The notes below the pieces were generated by a model. The model searched no databases and was not told where the DNA came from. It saw only the letters and a list, made by a program, of their open reading frames with translations. Below are positions 8,443 through 17,715 of a stretch of 64,000 bases of DNA, piece after piece (the stretch's first letter is position 1; every line of letters begins with the position of its first letter). The DNA is taken from contig CAZOKZ010000001.1 of NCBI GenBank assembly GCA_964580585.1, positions 23,261-87,260 of the forward strand, read 5' to 3'. A program made the translations under genes and the position numbers. The DNA comes from an uncultured Candidatus Sumerlaeota bacterium (lineage in GTDB: Bacteria > Sumerlaeota > Sumerlaeia > SLMS01 > JAHLLQ01).

Positions 8443-9722
8443 GTGAAAAACCAACCGGTCTGAACATCGTTTTCGTACAGGGTAGTTCTCTGTCGATTAA
8501 ACGCGCACACTGGGTTCAGATTTTAAACACAGCCTATGCGCTCTCTCGACGCGAAAACATTGATGTTTGGATTCTGGCGCGCACCATTCAACCCGGTGCA
8601 ATGGATGAAGTGTACGGTGGGATGGGATTCGCTCCTAACGAGCGTTTTCATGTTCACCCCGTTGTGCCCGCACGCGTCTATAACGCGTTTGGCTTGCACG
8701 GCGATTTGCTTTCTCAATCGCAAGGAAAGGTTGGAAGATGGCTGGCGTTGCGGCACGTCAAACGATTGCTCCGGGAGATTTCCACAAACGGCAAGCCCAT
8801 CGTTTTTTATACCCGCGACCAAGATGTGCCCACCACGTCTCGAGAGTTGATCGCCCGTTATCAGGCGTTGGCTATCAATGAACACCACAAGTTCGAATAC
8901 GTCAAAACGCTTGAAGGCAAACTGAAGAAAAAACGTCCCGGGCGCAGTACGCTCGCGCAGTTCAAGAACTATGCGCGTGGCGAGCGCGATCGTGAACTCC
9001 AACGTCTTGCTACTTTCGATGGTGTCGTGTGTACGACACAAAATATTCGCGAACGATTGATCGATCACGGCTATGGAAAACCGACGATCTGCATTCCGAA
9101 CGGGGCAAACCTCGACACGGCGGATAGTCTGGAAAGCATTCTTTCCAAACGTGAAAAAAACATCGATATTTTATACGTCGGTCAATTATTGCGCTGGAAA
9201 AACGTCGATTTATTGATCGAAGCGATGCCGCGCCTCCCAGGTCGAAGACTGACCGTGGTGGGAGGCGAACCGGGCGAGGACATGGACCGCCTCAAAGGTC
9301 TCGCCGCGCGTCTCGATGTTGCCGACCGGGTGGACTTCTGGGGCCATCGTCCCCACGGCGAAATCAAGGGGATCATGCAACGTTCCTGCGTTGGGGTCGT
9401 GCCTTTGCCCCGCGCAGGATTTCCCGAAGCCCGGCTGTTTTGCTGTCCGCTCAAGGCGTTAGAAATGATGGCTGCCGGTACGCCCATCGTGGCAACACGG
9501 TTGCGTTCGGTAGAAGGTTTATTAGAACATCGGCGAAACGCGTTGCTTGTGGAGCCCGACGATGCCCAAGCCATGGCAGATGGAATACGTGACGTTCTCG
9601 AAAATGACGACCTTCGTCGCCAGTTGGCCGAAGGCGGCTGGCGCACGGCACGCGATTTGTCCTACGACGAGCGCGGACGCAAAATCCTTGCTTTCATCGA
9701 AGAATGCCGTACGGGGAAATAA
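8439..9722 (+). CDS. Glycosyltransferase family 4 (GT-B)
   Basis: IPNG, LYVGQL..WKNVDLLIEA and PLKALEMMAAGTPIVAT motifs. ATGA overlap with cdaR. Confidence 0.88.
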   Translation: MSEKPTGLNIVFVQGSSLSIKRAHWVQILNTAYALSRRENIDVWILARTIQPGAMDEVYGGMGFAPNERFHVHPVVPARVYNAFGLHGDLLSQSQGKVGRWLALRHVKRLLREISTNGKPIVFYTRDQDVPTTSRELIARYQALAINEHHKFEYVKTLEGKLKKKRPGRSTLAQFKNYARGERDRELQRLATFDGVVCTTQNIRERLIDHGYGKPTICIPNGANLDTADSLESILSKREKNIDILYVGQLLRWKNVDLLIEAMPRLPGRRLTVVGGEPGEDMDRLKGLAARLDVADRVDFWGHRPHGEIKGIMQRSCVGVVPLPRAGFPEARLFCCPLKALEMMAAGTPIVATRLRSVEGLLEHRRNALLVEPDDAQAMADGIRDVLENDDLRRQLAEGGWRTARDLSYDERGRKILAFIEECRTGK

Positions 9723-9762
9723 CGTGGGCATCTTCGGAGGCTTCGGTTGTTCTCTTTTCTGT

Positions 9763-10773
9763 ATGATACCCAATAATAAATTTTTCATTCTATTTGTTGC
9801 TCTCTTCCATTTTGTTTTGGGTGTGCACGTTGCGAATGCCGAAACCAACTCGTCGGATGCATCATCCACGGCAACGCTTTCCTCCGTCCCCATAAAACCA
9901 AATCCACTGCGCATCGGATTTTTACGTCCGGAAGGCGAAACGGATTTAACCGAAGAAAGCATGGAGGGGTTGCGCAAAGCGTTGCTTGCCGACAATGCCC
10001 TCCAACAAGCGGCTACGCGCGCATATGATGCTCGTGGGATTGGCCTGTATGAAATTGATGGAGGGACGGAGATGCTCAGTCGGCTGAACGCGCGTGAATT
10101 GGATGTCGCGTTTGTACCGAGTCGCATCTGGGCCGAGCAATCCGCCGGATACACGGTGATTTTACAAACGCGAAGAAAACGCGACTTTACCGCCACGCGC
10201 GGGCGAATGGTCTGGCAACGTGGTGTGGTTTTTGTCAGTTCGCGCAGTCCGTTTTTCGATTCGGAAACGATCGATTCTTCTGACTTCGCAACCTATCTTG
10301 GCGAACAACGTATCGCCGTTGTTTCGTCGAAGAGCATGGCTGGTTATGTAGCGCCATTGCTGGCGCTTTCCGATGAATACAACCGTTCATATCCGGCGGC
10401 GGATTTGCTTTGGTGTGAATCCAGTGCCGAAGTCACTAAAGCCGTTATTTCCGGGCTTGCCGATGTGGGGACATGCGAAGAAGGCGCGATGATCGAAACG
10501 TTGAATGCGTCCGGAATCAGCGACCGTCAGCAGGAATTCACTCGCGTGATCCTCCGTTCCAGCCCTGTGCCCACCGATCCCGTTGTGGTGCACCCGGACT
10601 TGGCGCCGTCTCGATCGGAACTGGGGCGCGAACTGAAACGTGTATTGCGTTCGTATTCACTCGAAACGGGATTTGGAACAATGTCGCTTCAAGATGCACA
10701 GGACAGCGACTACGAGGAAACCCGGGCGCTTCTGCGCCGATTCGACGATCGACTGGGGAAATCCTTGCGATGA
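9763..10773 (+). CDS. PhnD/SsuA-like periplasmic substrate-binding protein
   Basis: Signal peptide, LRIG, ELDVAF, SKSMAGYVAPL, V..G.ADVG and ILRSSPVPTDPVVV motifs typical of the phosphate/phosphonate-binding fold. Confidence 0.7.
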   Translation: MIPNNKFFILFVALFHFVLGVHVANAETNSSDASSTATLSSVPIKPNPLRIGFLRPEGETDLTEESMEGLRKALLADNALQQAATRAYDARGIGLYEIDGGTEMLSRLNARELDVAFVPSRIWAEQSAGYTVILQTRRKRDFTATRGRMVWQRGVVFVSSRSPFFDSETIDSSDFATYLGEQRIAVVSSKSMAGYVAPLLALSDEYNRSYPAADLLWCESSAEVTKAVISGLADVGTCEEGAMIETLNASGISDRQQEFTRVILRSSPVPTDPVVVHPDLAPSRSELGRELKRVLRSYSLETGFGTMSLQDAQDSDYEETRALLRRFDDRLGKSLR

Positions 10774-12023
10774 CGTCTCCGTCCCCTTCGCGCACGCCGG
10801 CATTGTGGCCGCTGATACTTGCGCTGGTGTTTACCGTCGCCGCGCTCGTTATATTGTTTTGGCTACGTGGACGCGTCGTGAAAGAGGAGAAAGCCTTCCT
10901 TGCCTATTCTGTGCGACTCTTTGAATTGTCGGATGCCCTGCGCCGACCGGAAAACGACTCGGTGCGGTTCTCTCAGATCGAGTCCATCGCACGTAGTATC
11001 GAAGAACGCGATTTGATCGCCCATTTGCTCGTGAGTAAAAATACACAACAACGCCAAGAAGTGTTGCTTTACCCGTATTATTACGATCTCGCACATCCAA
11101 ACTGGAGCAATGAGATTTCCCAATATCAACGATTGACCATTGGTGAGGAAAACACTCCTCGCGGGTGGATTTACGTGCGCCTGAATCCCGCCAATCGCCA
11201 AGCCATCGACCGCGTTATTCTGGCATTCAGCGCCTTGATGGTTTTTTGTCTCGGCGCATTGATTTTCCGCCAACGCGGCAAAGAAACTGAGCTACATCGC
11301 ACAGTTTCAGAACTTGAGCAACGTCGGGCGGAAGTCATCCGACTCGAACGGCTGGCGTTGGCCGGACAACTCTCCGCCAATATTTTTCACGATATCAAAA
11401 AACCGGTTCTGAACATCAAGCACGAGGTCACCGACGCGCTCGATATGGGCCATTCCAGCGAGGAAACCCTTCGGGCGGTACATGAACAAACCGAGTTGTT
11501 TTTGAAAATGTTGCGCGAATTGGGTTTTGAACAATTCGTGCGCGCAGAAACCGAAGAAGGCGAATATTGCGATGTACCAGAAATGGTCGAACGTGCATTG
11601 TCCCTGGTGAAGTATGAACGCGGCGATGTGGAGATTGAAATTGATGTGCCAAACGATGGTTCGTTGCCGTTGATATTTGCTTCGCCGCATCGCCTGATTC
11701 AGTTATTTTCCAACCTGATTTTAAATGCTTACCAGGCAATGGATGGCAAAGGAGTCCTGCGGATTCGCGCAACATTGGAAGACAAAAACATCGCTCTTCA
11801 ATTCGATGACAATGGCCCGGGCATCGATCCTGAACTGCGCGAAACGTTGTTCGATCCATTTGTCACGACAAAAAGCCACTCCGAAGGTTCTGGCCTTGGT
11901 TTATACATTTGCGCGAAAATCGCTGCCGATTTGCACGGCGAACTGGTTCTGACGAATTCATCCTTCGAGCAAGGAACTGGATTCAAGATTGTGCTTCCCG
12001 GGTTGCAACCAGAGTCCATATGA
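10770..12023 (+). CDS. Membrane sensor histidine kinase
   Basis: Two TM helices flank a periplasmic domain. H-box FHDIKKP, N-box NLILNA, DNGPGI, F-box and GSGLGL. ATGA overlap with the SBP gene. Confidence 0.9.
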   Translation: MTSPSPSRTPALWPLILALVFTVAALVILFWLRGRVVKEEKAFLAYSVRLFELSDALRRPENDSVRFSQIESIARSIEERDLIAHLLVSKNTQQRQEVLLYPYYYDLAHPNWSNEISQYQRLTIGEENTPRGWIYVRLNPANRQAIDRVILAFSALMVFCLGALIFRQRGKETELHRTVSELEQRRAEVIRLERLALAGQLSANIFHDIKKPVLNIKHEVTDALDMGHSSEETLRAVHEQTELFLKMLRELGFEQFVRAETEEGEYCDVPEMVERALSLVKYERGDVEIEIDVPNDGSLPLIFASPHRLIQLFSNLILNAYQAMDGKGVLRIRATLEDKNIALQFDDNGPGIDPELRETLFDPFVTTKSHSEGSGLGLYICAKIAADLHGELVLTNSSFEQGTGFKIVLPGLQPESI

Positions 12024-12074
12024 AGTTACCTTGAAAGAGTGGGATTTTGGATCCAATTCTGGTGGTTGGTTAAC

Positions 12075-13547
12075 ATGACAAACAGCAGCACAAACCCTTA
12101 TCAACGACTCGACGTGTGGGAAACGCTCAAAGCCCACGTGCTCGATCACGTGCCGCGATTACTGGAGCACGTGCCAGACAAATCGCGCGCCGATTGGAAA
12201 CGTCTGCCGCTATTCGAGGCTCAACTGTTCGCGGCAATGGTGTTGCTTGATTTAGACGTGGAAAGCTCTTCGCTTCGGCGCCAGGCGCGTTCGTTTTTGA
12301 AAGAGTTGAAGGACGAAGAAACTGCTCAAACACCCGCATTCGGTGTTGTGCGCGAATCTTCTCCCACGTTTGTGGAAAAATTGACTCCCACTAAACGAAA
12401 AAAAGTACAGCAATTGATCGCCGCTGTTGAGGCGAATCCTCCAGGAGCCTTTTTGGCTGACGTGTCGGGCCCACAAGCCGCCGTTAGATGGGTGGGTCAG
12501 GAAATCAAACATCTCAATGGACTCAAAGCGCATCGTTGGCTGGTTGCCTTGGGCTATCCGATGGCGGTGCCCGATGCCGCCCGGCAACGGTTTCTGATGC
12601 GCATGGGCTGGATGGGAACAGAATCAGGTTCAGGCGATGAAAAACGTGCGCAAACGTTGGAGTCGCTTGAGGTGTTGGCGCATGAAGTTGGCGCAACGTT
12701 GAGTGAAATCAACCTTGTGTTAGGAGCATTTTGCGGGTCGGGTGGTGAAATTGCGCGCCAGGCAGCGCGCTGCCTGGGAGTCCCCAAATGTCCGCAATGT
12801 CCACTTGCCAAACATTGCACCTACTACCGGTTGCGCGGGAAAGAAGTCCGCTCACAGAACCGCAGTCTGGTGGCTACCACCCGCAAAGAGCAGCGCCCAC
12901 GTGAACGGTTGGCAGCTCAAGGCCCCGGAGTATTGAGCGATGAAGAATTGCTCGCCATTATTCTGCGCACTGGTGGGGGAGGACTGAACGCCATCGATCT
13001 GGCGCAGCAAATTTTACGCGAGGCCGGAACGTTCGAGCGCCTGGCTGCCATGTCGGTGGCCGAATTGGCCCGCTTTCCCGGTATGGGAGAGGTCAAGGCA
13101 ATCACAATCAAAGCGGCGCTTGAAATGGCGCGGCGATTGAAACAAAGCGGCGATGGTTCGGTGGGGGTGAAAATCAACAGTGCCCGGCGCGTCTTCGAGC
13201 GTTTACGTCCCCGATTTATCGGAGCGACAAAGGAAGAGTTTCTGGTATTGTTGTTGAACACCAAATTGGAAATTACGCGCGAAGTTCACGTTTCAACGGG
13301 AACGTTGAACCAAAGCCTCGTTCATCCCCGTGAGGTATTCAGCGAAGCAATTCGCGACGCCGCTCACGCGGTGATCTTCATCCACAATCACCCAAGCGGC
13401 GACCCCGAGCCCAGCCGGGAGGATTTTGCGGTGACGAATAAATTGGTCAAGGCGGGCGAAATCATGGGAATTCAAGTGCTCGATCATATTATCATTGGGC
13501 GCGACCGATACTATTCCTTTGCGGACGAGGGGAAATTGACCTCGTAA
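12075..13547 (+). CDS. radC: RadC (JAB/MPN) protein with an N-terminal HhH/FCL glycosylase-like extension
   Basis: PRERL, LSDEELLAIILRTG, GMGEVKA, VHPREVF and HNHPSGDPEPSRED, plus about 270 extra N-terminal residues ending in CLGVPKCPQCPLAKHC. Confidence 0.85.
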   Translation: MTNSSTNPYQRLDVWETLKAHVLDHVPRLLEHVPDKSRADWKRLPLFEAQLFAAMVLLDLDVESSSLRRQARSFLKELKDEETAQTPAFGVVRESSPTFVEKLTPTKRKKVQQLIAAVEANPPGAFLADVSGPQAAVRWVGQEIKHLNGLKAHRWLVALGYPMAVPDAARQRFLMRMGWMGTESGSGDEKRAQTLESLEVLAHEVGATLSEINLVLGAFCGSGGEIARQAARCLGVPKCPQCPLAKHCTYYRLRGKEVRSQNRSLVATTRKEQRPRERLAAQGPGVLSDEELLAIILRTGGGGLNAIDLAQQILREAGTFERLAAMSVAELARFPGMGEVKAITIKAALEMARRLKQSGDGSVGVKINSARRVFERLRPRFIGATKEEFLVLLLNTKLEITREVHVSTGTLNQSLVHPREVFSEAIRDAAHAVIFIHNHPSGDPEPSREDFAVTNKLVKAGEIMGIQVLDHIIIGRDRYYSFADEGKLTS

Positions 13548-13667
13548 GCCGGAAGTTCGGCATCTAGGAATGATCCTCCTTGCGAACCAGCCCTGGTTTT
13601 ATGCAACTATTTTCAAGCGACAGAAAATATGAGCTGTCGAGTTAATAATAATTGGGAAAGAAATATA

Positions 13668-15005
13668 ATGAGTTTTGAACATTTTGGCCTGCGTTCCGAA
13701 TTATTGGACGCAATCCAGCAGCTCGAATTCGACAAACCTACCCAGGTCCAGGAAAAAGCCATCCCGGAAATTCTTAAGGGGCGCGATGTTTTAGGGCGTG
13801 CGCAAACAGGTACGGGGAAAACTGCGGCGTATGGGTTGCCTATTCTTCATCGTTTATTGGAGCAAACGAACCGGCGTCCCCGCGTGTTGGTGATTCTGCC
13901 GACACGGGAATTAGCGCGCCAAGTCAACGAGCAAATGACGGAACTGGCGCGATTTACCAAACTGAAGGGATTCAGCGTTACCGGCGGCGAGGCCTACGTG
14001 ATTCAGGAACATGCGTTTCGCGCTGGCGGAATGGACTGGATCGCCACCACACCCGGGCGATTGCTTTATCACCTCTCGCACGATTATGTGGACTTCAGCG
14101 CTATCGAGTATTTGGTCCTCGATGAAGCCGATCAACTGCTCGACATGGGATTTATTCAGGACATCCGCAAGATCGTCAGTTACCTGCCCGAAAAACGGAT
14201 GACGCTATTATTCTCGGCGACCTTGCCCGCGCAAATGCGCGAACTGGCGCGTCATATTCTGACAAATCCCATTCGTATCGACGTGGGGTTGGCAACGACC
14301 GCCGAACCGGTTGTCGAGGAACTCTGGCCTGTGCCTCAGGATCAAAAACTCGACCTGCTGGTGCGTTTGCTCGATCAACGTCAGATGACCAGTGCCCTGA
14401 TTTTCACACGCACGAAACGTCGGGCGGATTCGTTGGCGAACAGTTTGGAACGAGCGGGAAAAACCGCCGAAGTCCTTCACGCCGACCGAGTCATGGCCGA
14501 TCGCAAGACCTCGCTGGCTTCTTTTCGCGCAGGCGATGTTCCCATTCTCGTCGCAACAGATCTGGCCGCGCGGGGGTTGGACATTTCCGGTATTTCCCAT
14601 GTGATTAATTACGATGTTCCAACCGCGCCAGAAGATTATATTCATCGCGTCGGTCGCACAGGCCGGGCCGGTCGAACGGGAGAAGCCCTGACTTTTATGT
14701 CGGCGAACGAAGAAATTTGCATCGCTAAAATCGAACATCTTATCGGCAAGCGCATTCCAAGCAAACGGATGGAAAATTTCCCTTATCATGAGGAACGGCG
14801 AGAGGATGCCGAAGAAATCAAGTCCCGATCCAATCGCCTTGCCAATTTTAACACTCGACTCGGATCCAAGGAAAAACGCGAATCGCCATTTACAAAAAAT
14901 GGTACTGCGCGGCGCGGATTTGAAGTCCCCGACCCGAACACCGAAGAGAAAAAAAGACGACGTAAACGCGTGAAGATCAGAAAGAAGCTGCCGCATCAGC
15001 GATAA
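13668..15005 (+). CDS. DEAD-box RNA helicase (RhlE-like)
   Basis: Q motif, AQTGTGKT, PTRELA, TPGRL, DEAD, SAT, ARGLD, HRVGRTGR and a basic C-terminal tail. Confidence 0.93.
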   Translation: MSFEHFGLRSELLDAIQQLEFDKPTQVQEKAIPEILKGRDVLGRAQTGTGKTAAYGLPILHRLLEQTNRRPRVLVILPTRELARQVNEQMTELARFTKLKGFSVTGGEAYVIQEHAFRAGGMDWIATTPGRLLYHLSHDYVDFSAIEYLVLDEADQLLDMGFIQDIRKIVSYLPEKRMTLLFSATLPAQMRELARHILTNPIRIDVGLATTAEPVVEELWPVPQDQKLDLLVRLLDQRQMTSALIFTRTKRRADSLANSLERAGKTAEVLHADRVMADRKTSLASFRAGDVPILVATDLAARGLDISGISHVINYDVPTAPEDYIHRVGRTGRAGRTGEALTFMSANEEICIAKIEHLIGKRIPSKRMENFPYHEERREDAEEIKSRSNRLANFNTRLGSKEKRESPFTKNGTARRGFEVPDPNTEEKKRRRKRVKIRKKLPHQR

Positions 15006-15024
15006 CCTCTACACAGTACCCGAT

Positions 15025-15070
15025 AAAAACGAATCCGCCTCGCAATTATCTTGCGAGGCGGAAGTTTTTT
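15025..15070. terminator. Bidirectional intrinsic terminator between the helicase and zapA
   Basis: 12-bp stem TCCGCCTCGCAA/TTGCGAGGCGGA (15034-15062) flanked by A and T runs. Confidence 0.8.
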
Positions 15071-15088
15071 CGGATGAAACGAGGTGGG

Positions 15089-15424
15089 TTAGACCGCCAA
15101 GGCATTATCGACTTTGGCGAGCAAGCCTTCGAGGCGTTTGACGGCTTCGCGTTGGCGTTGCAACTCGTGGTGCAACTGTTCGGCTTCGTCCAGACAGTCG
15201 TTTGCGATATTCAAATCGCATGCGAACTGAAAAGCCACCATGGTGGCGATTTTTTGGGGCGAAGCGGTAGCCATGCGTTCGGTCAATTTCCGCATGCGCT
15301 CCGCAACCTGAGCCGCAGCTTTCTCGACATGAACCTTTTCCTCCGGTTCGATTTCGAGGCGCACTTCATGACCGGCAACATTGACGGCGATCTTTTCCCG
15401 ACTCGAATTATCCAGCGTTTTCAT
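15089..15424 (-). CDS. zapA: Cell division protein ZapA
   Basis: V.VAGHEVRL...AAAQVAERM...IATMVAFQFA followed by a coiled coil; coupled to an upstream coiled-coil gene. Confidence 0.75.
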   Translation of the reverse strand: MKTLDNSSREKIAVNVAGHEVRLEIEPEEKVHVEKAAAQVAERMRKLTERMATASPQKIATMVAFQFACDLNIANDCLDEAEQLHHELQRQREAVKRLEGLLAKVDNALAV

Positions 15425-16241
15425 GGACTAACTCCATTTGAGAAAGGCATTCTTCGGCGTGTTGAATTCGATCGATCAGGACGCTGAGGCGTTGACGCAT
15501 TTTTTCATCGCGTGCGTCGGCATTCTGAATACGCTGCACCAGTTCCTCTTTCTCCTGGCGCAGAACGGTCAATTCACTTTCCAATTCGTTGAACTGGCCC
15601 ATGCGCGATTCCAATTCGAGGAATTTTTCGACTTCCTCGTCAAGGTCGCGCTGTAATTCATCACGTTTCTGATTCAGACCGGTGATCGTTCCCTCAAGAC
15701 CCGCCACACGGTTTTGCGCTTCTTCGAGTTGGCTACGCATTCCATCTACCTCGCGTGACAATTCACCCACTCGATTGTTGGCTAGGTCCAATTGGCCCTG
15801 AATTTCATTGCGGTGGTTGACAACACCGTCGTGCCAACCTTCCAGCTCGGTGATGCGTGCGCGAGCCCCATCCAGTTCGCCCTGGATTTCATCGCGATGC
15901 TTCACGGCGCTATCGTGCCAGCCCTGGATTTCATTGGCGCGGGCCTGGGCTGCGTCCAATTCACTGCGAACGGTATTCAATTCATTATGAAGATTTTCTT
16001 TTTCGCCACGTAACTGGTCGCGTTCGGTGCGCAGCGCTTCGAGCTCCTTGCGCTCTTCCTCGAAACGCGCCAATTCTTCGAGCGCTTCCGAAAGATCCGA
16101 CTGAATTTTGTCGTGGTCGGCGACCGTGACTTTCAAGGCGTCGTTTTCGGTTTCCAACTGATTCTTCGTCGTGCGCAGGGATTCGAGCTCGTCAATGAGG
16201 CGATTTACGCGCGCTTCCAACTGATCAACAATTTCCACCAT
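15408..16241 (-). CDS. Elongated ZapB-like coiled-coil protein
   Basis: ZapB-like N-terminus (MVEIVDQLEARVNRLIDEL) and C-terminus (RQRLSVLIDRI), continuous heptads, position immediately upstream of zapA. Confidence 0.6.
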   Translation of the reverse strand: MVEIVDQLEARVNRLIDELESLRTTKNQLETENDALKVTVADHDKIQSDLSEALEELARFEEERKELEALRTERDQLRGEKENLHNELNTVRSELDAAQARANEIQGWHDSAVKHRDEIQGELDGARARITELEGWHDGVVNHRNEIQGQLDLANNRVGELSREVDGMRSQLEEAQNRVAGLEGTITGLNQKRDELQRDLDEEVEKFLELESRMGQFNELESELTVLRQEKEELVQRIQNADARDEKMRQRLSVLIDRIQHAEECLSQMELVHENAG

Positions 16242-16392
16242 GAGCGTATCATCCTTCCGAATAGGTATCTGCAGGAACAGGAACGGGGTTTGAATCTAAA
16301 GATTCCCTGGAAACACCCGAACCCTGTCGAATGAGTCCTCACAGTGTCAATAGTAATGCGGAATACCATGAAGTCTTCTTTTGGACTGCGAG

Positions 16393-16401
16393 TTATCCAC
16401 A
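16393..16401. promoter_or_regulatory. Perfect DnaA-box 9-mer
   Basis: TTATCCACA in the divergent zapB/yfcE intergenic region; single copy. Confidence 0.3.
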
Positions 16402-16618
16402 GCTTTGCCGAATCGGCGCAACAACCTGGGGGAGGAATGGCGGGTTTTTGACACCTAATGGCTATTGAAACGCTTCTATTGAATCTTACGCAACTGTTGA
16501 ATTTACAATCTCCTGCGCAAAACCCTCGCGCCGCCGAAATTCCCCGTGGCATACTTTGAGATTGCGATATGATCTCCCCAGGATGCTGGGCGCTTGCCCG
16601 CTCGCAAAGGCTGCAACG

Positions 16619-17113
16619 ATGGCGTCTTACGCCTTTGGCTTGATATCCGACACGCATGGAGTCCTGCACCCAGATGTCTTCGACATCTTCGATGGGGTGC
16701 ATGCGATTTTTCATGCGGGCGATGTCGAAGGCGAAGATATACTGGACGAATTGGAAACCATCGCTCCCGTTTTTGCCGTTCAGGGAAATTGCGATCATCC
16801 CAGCCCACGATTGCCCCCTATCCAGGTTATCGATGCGCCGTTTGGCAGCATTGTTGTCTCTCACAGTCATCTGGTAGCGGGGGGGGTTGCTCATCCGAAA
16901 ATGTTGGCCAAGCACTTTGGGCGCTATAATCCCCGGGTCATTATTTTTGGGCACACACACCGGCCCTATGAGTACGAACACGACGGAATTTGGCTGATCA
17001 ATCCCGGACCGGCAGGAAAATCGCGTAACTATGACAATGCGTCGGTCGTTTACATGCAATGGCACGATGAAAACGACGAATTGACGTTCGACTTTGTGCC
17101 CTTGATTTGGTGA
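16619..17113 (+). CDS. YfcE/MJ0936-family metallophosphoesterase
   Basis: ISDTHG, HAGD, VQGNCD, SH, FGHTH and INPG motifs. Confidence 0.9.
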   Translation: MASYAFGLISDTHGVLHPDVFDIFDGVHAIFHAGDVEGEDILDELETIAPVFAVQGNCDHPSPRLPPIQVIDAPFGSIVVSHSHLVAGGVAHPKMLAKHFGRYNPRVIIFGHTHRPYEYEHDGIWLINPGPAGKSRNYDNASVVYMQWHDENDELTFDFVPLIW

Positions 17114-17163
17114 TCGACTTTGCCCGATTCGGGGCGCTCAATAACTGAAAGCCGGGGAACGGC

Positions 17164-17715
17164 ATGAATAGACCAAAAATTCCAATAACGCTAGTCTTGT
17201 TTGTTCTATTTACTTTCTTTACGCTGCTCGAGATAAAGTTGATTTTCATGCTCGCCGCGTGGACCAGTTGGCCGACCACGATCCTGATTGCCATCGGTAC
17301 GGGCTTGGCCGGTTCGGTGATGGTCAAACGCGAGGGCCTGAACGTCATCACTCGGGCCAAACGGGAGCTTGCCTCGGGTCAATTTCCGGCAGAACCCATC
17401 GCCGATGGGTTAATAATTCTCATCGGTGGGGCATTTTTGATCACCCCGGGTTTGATAACCGACCTGATCGGACTTTCTACCCTCGTTGCTCCGATTCGCA
17501 AGTTATACACAACTATCCTGATTCGGTGGGCAAAGCGCAGCTTCCAATTTCGTGTTGGAACAAATGGCGGTTTCCAGGCGTTTACCAGTGGCAGAGCACG
17601 ACCGCAACATCCGCATCAAGCACCATTCGAGGGTGAACCGGAGGATACACCTCATCGTCCGACACCCTTTAAGACGGACGACGCGGTGGATGTGGAATTT
17701 CGTCGGGTCGATTAG
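17164..17715 (+). CDS. fxsA: FxsA family membrane protein
   Basis: LLEI...TGLAG...REGL...DGLIILIGGAFLITPGLITDLIG. Confidence 0.85.
   Translation: MNRPKIPITLVLFVLFTFFTLLEIKLIFMLAAWTSWPTTILIAIGTGLAGSVMVKREGLNVITRAKRELASGQFPAEPIADGLIILIGGAFLITPGLITDLIGLSTLVAPIRKLYTTILIRWAKRSFQFRVGTNGGFQAFTSGRARPQHPHQAPFEGEPEDTPHRPTPFKTDDAVDVEFRRVD

Noticed and set aside
15006-15088. 6S RNA downstream of zapA
   Set aside because: Only about 80 nt are available and they are occupied by a bidirectional terminator.
16242-16618. oriC
   Set aside because: Only one DnaA box, no obvious AT-rich unwinding repeats, and no dnaA/dnaN/gidA context.
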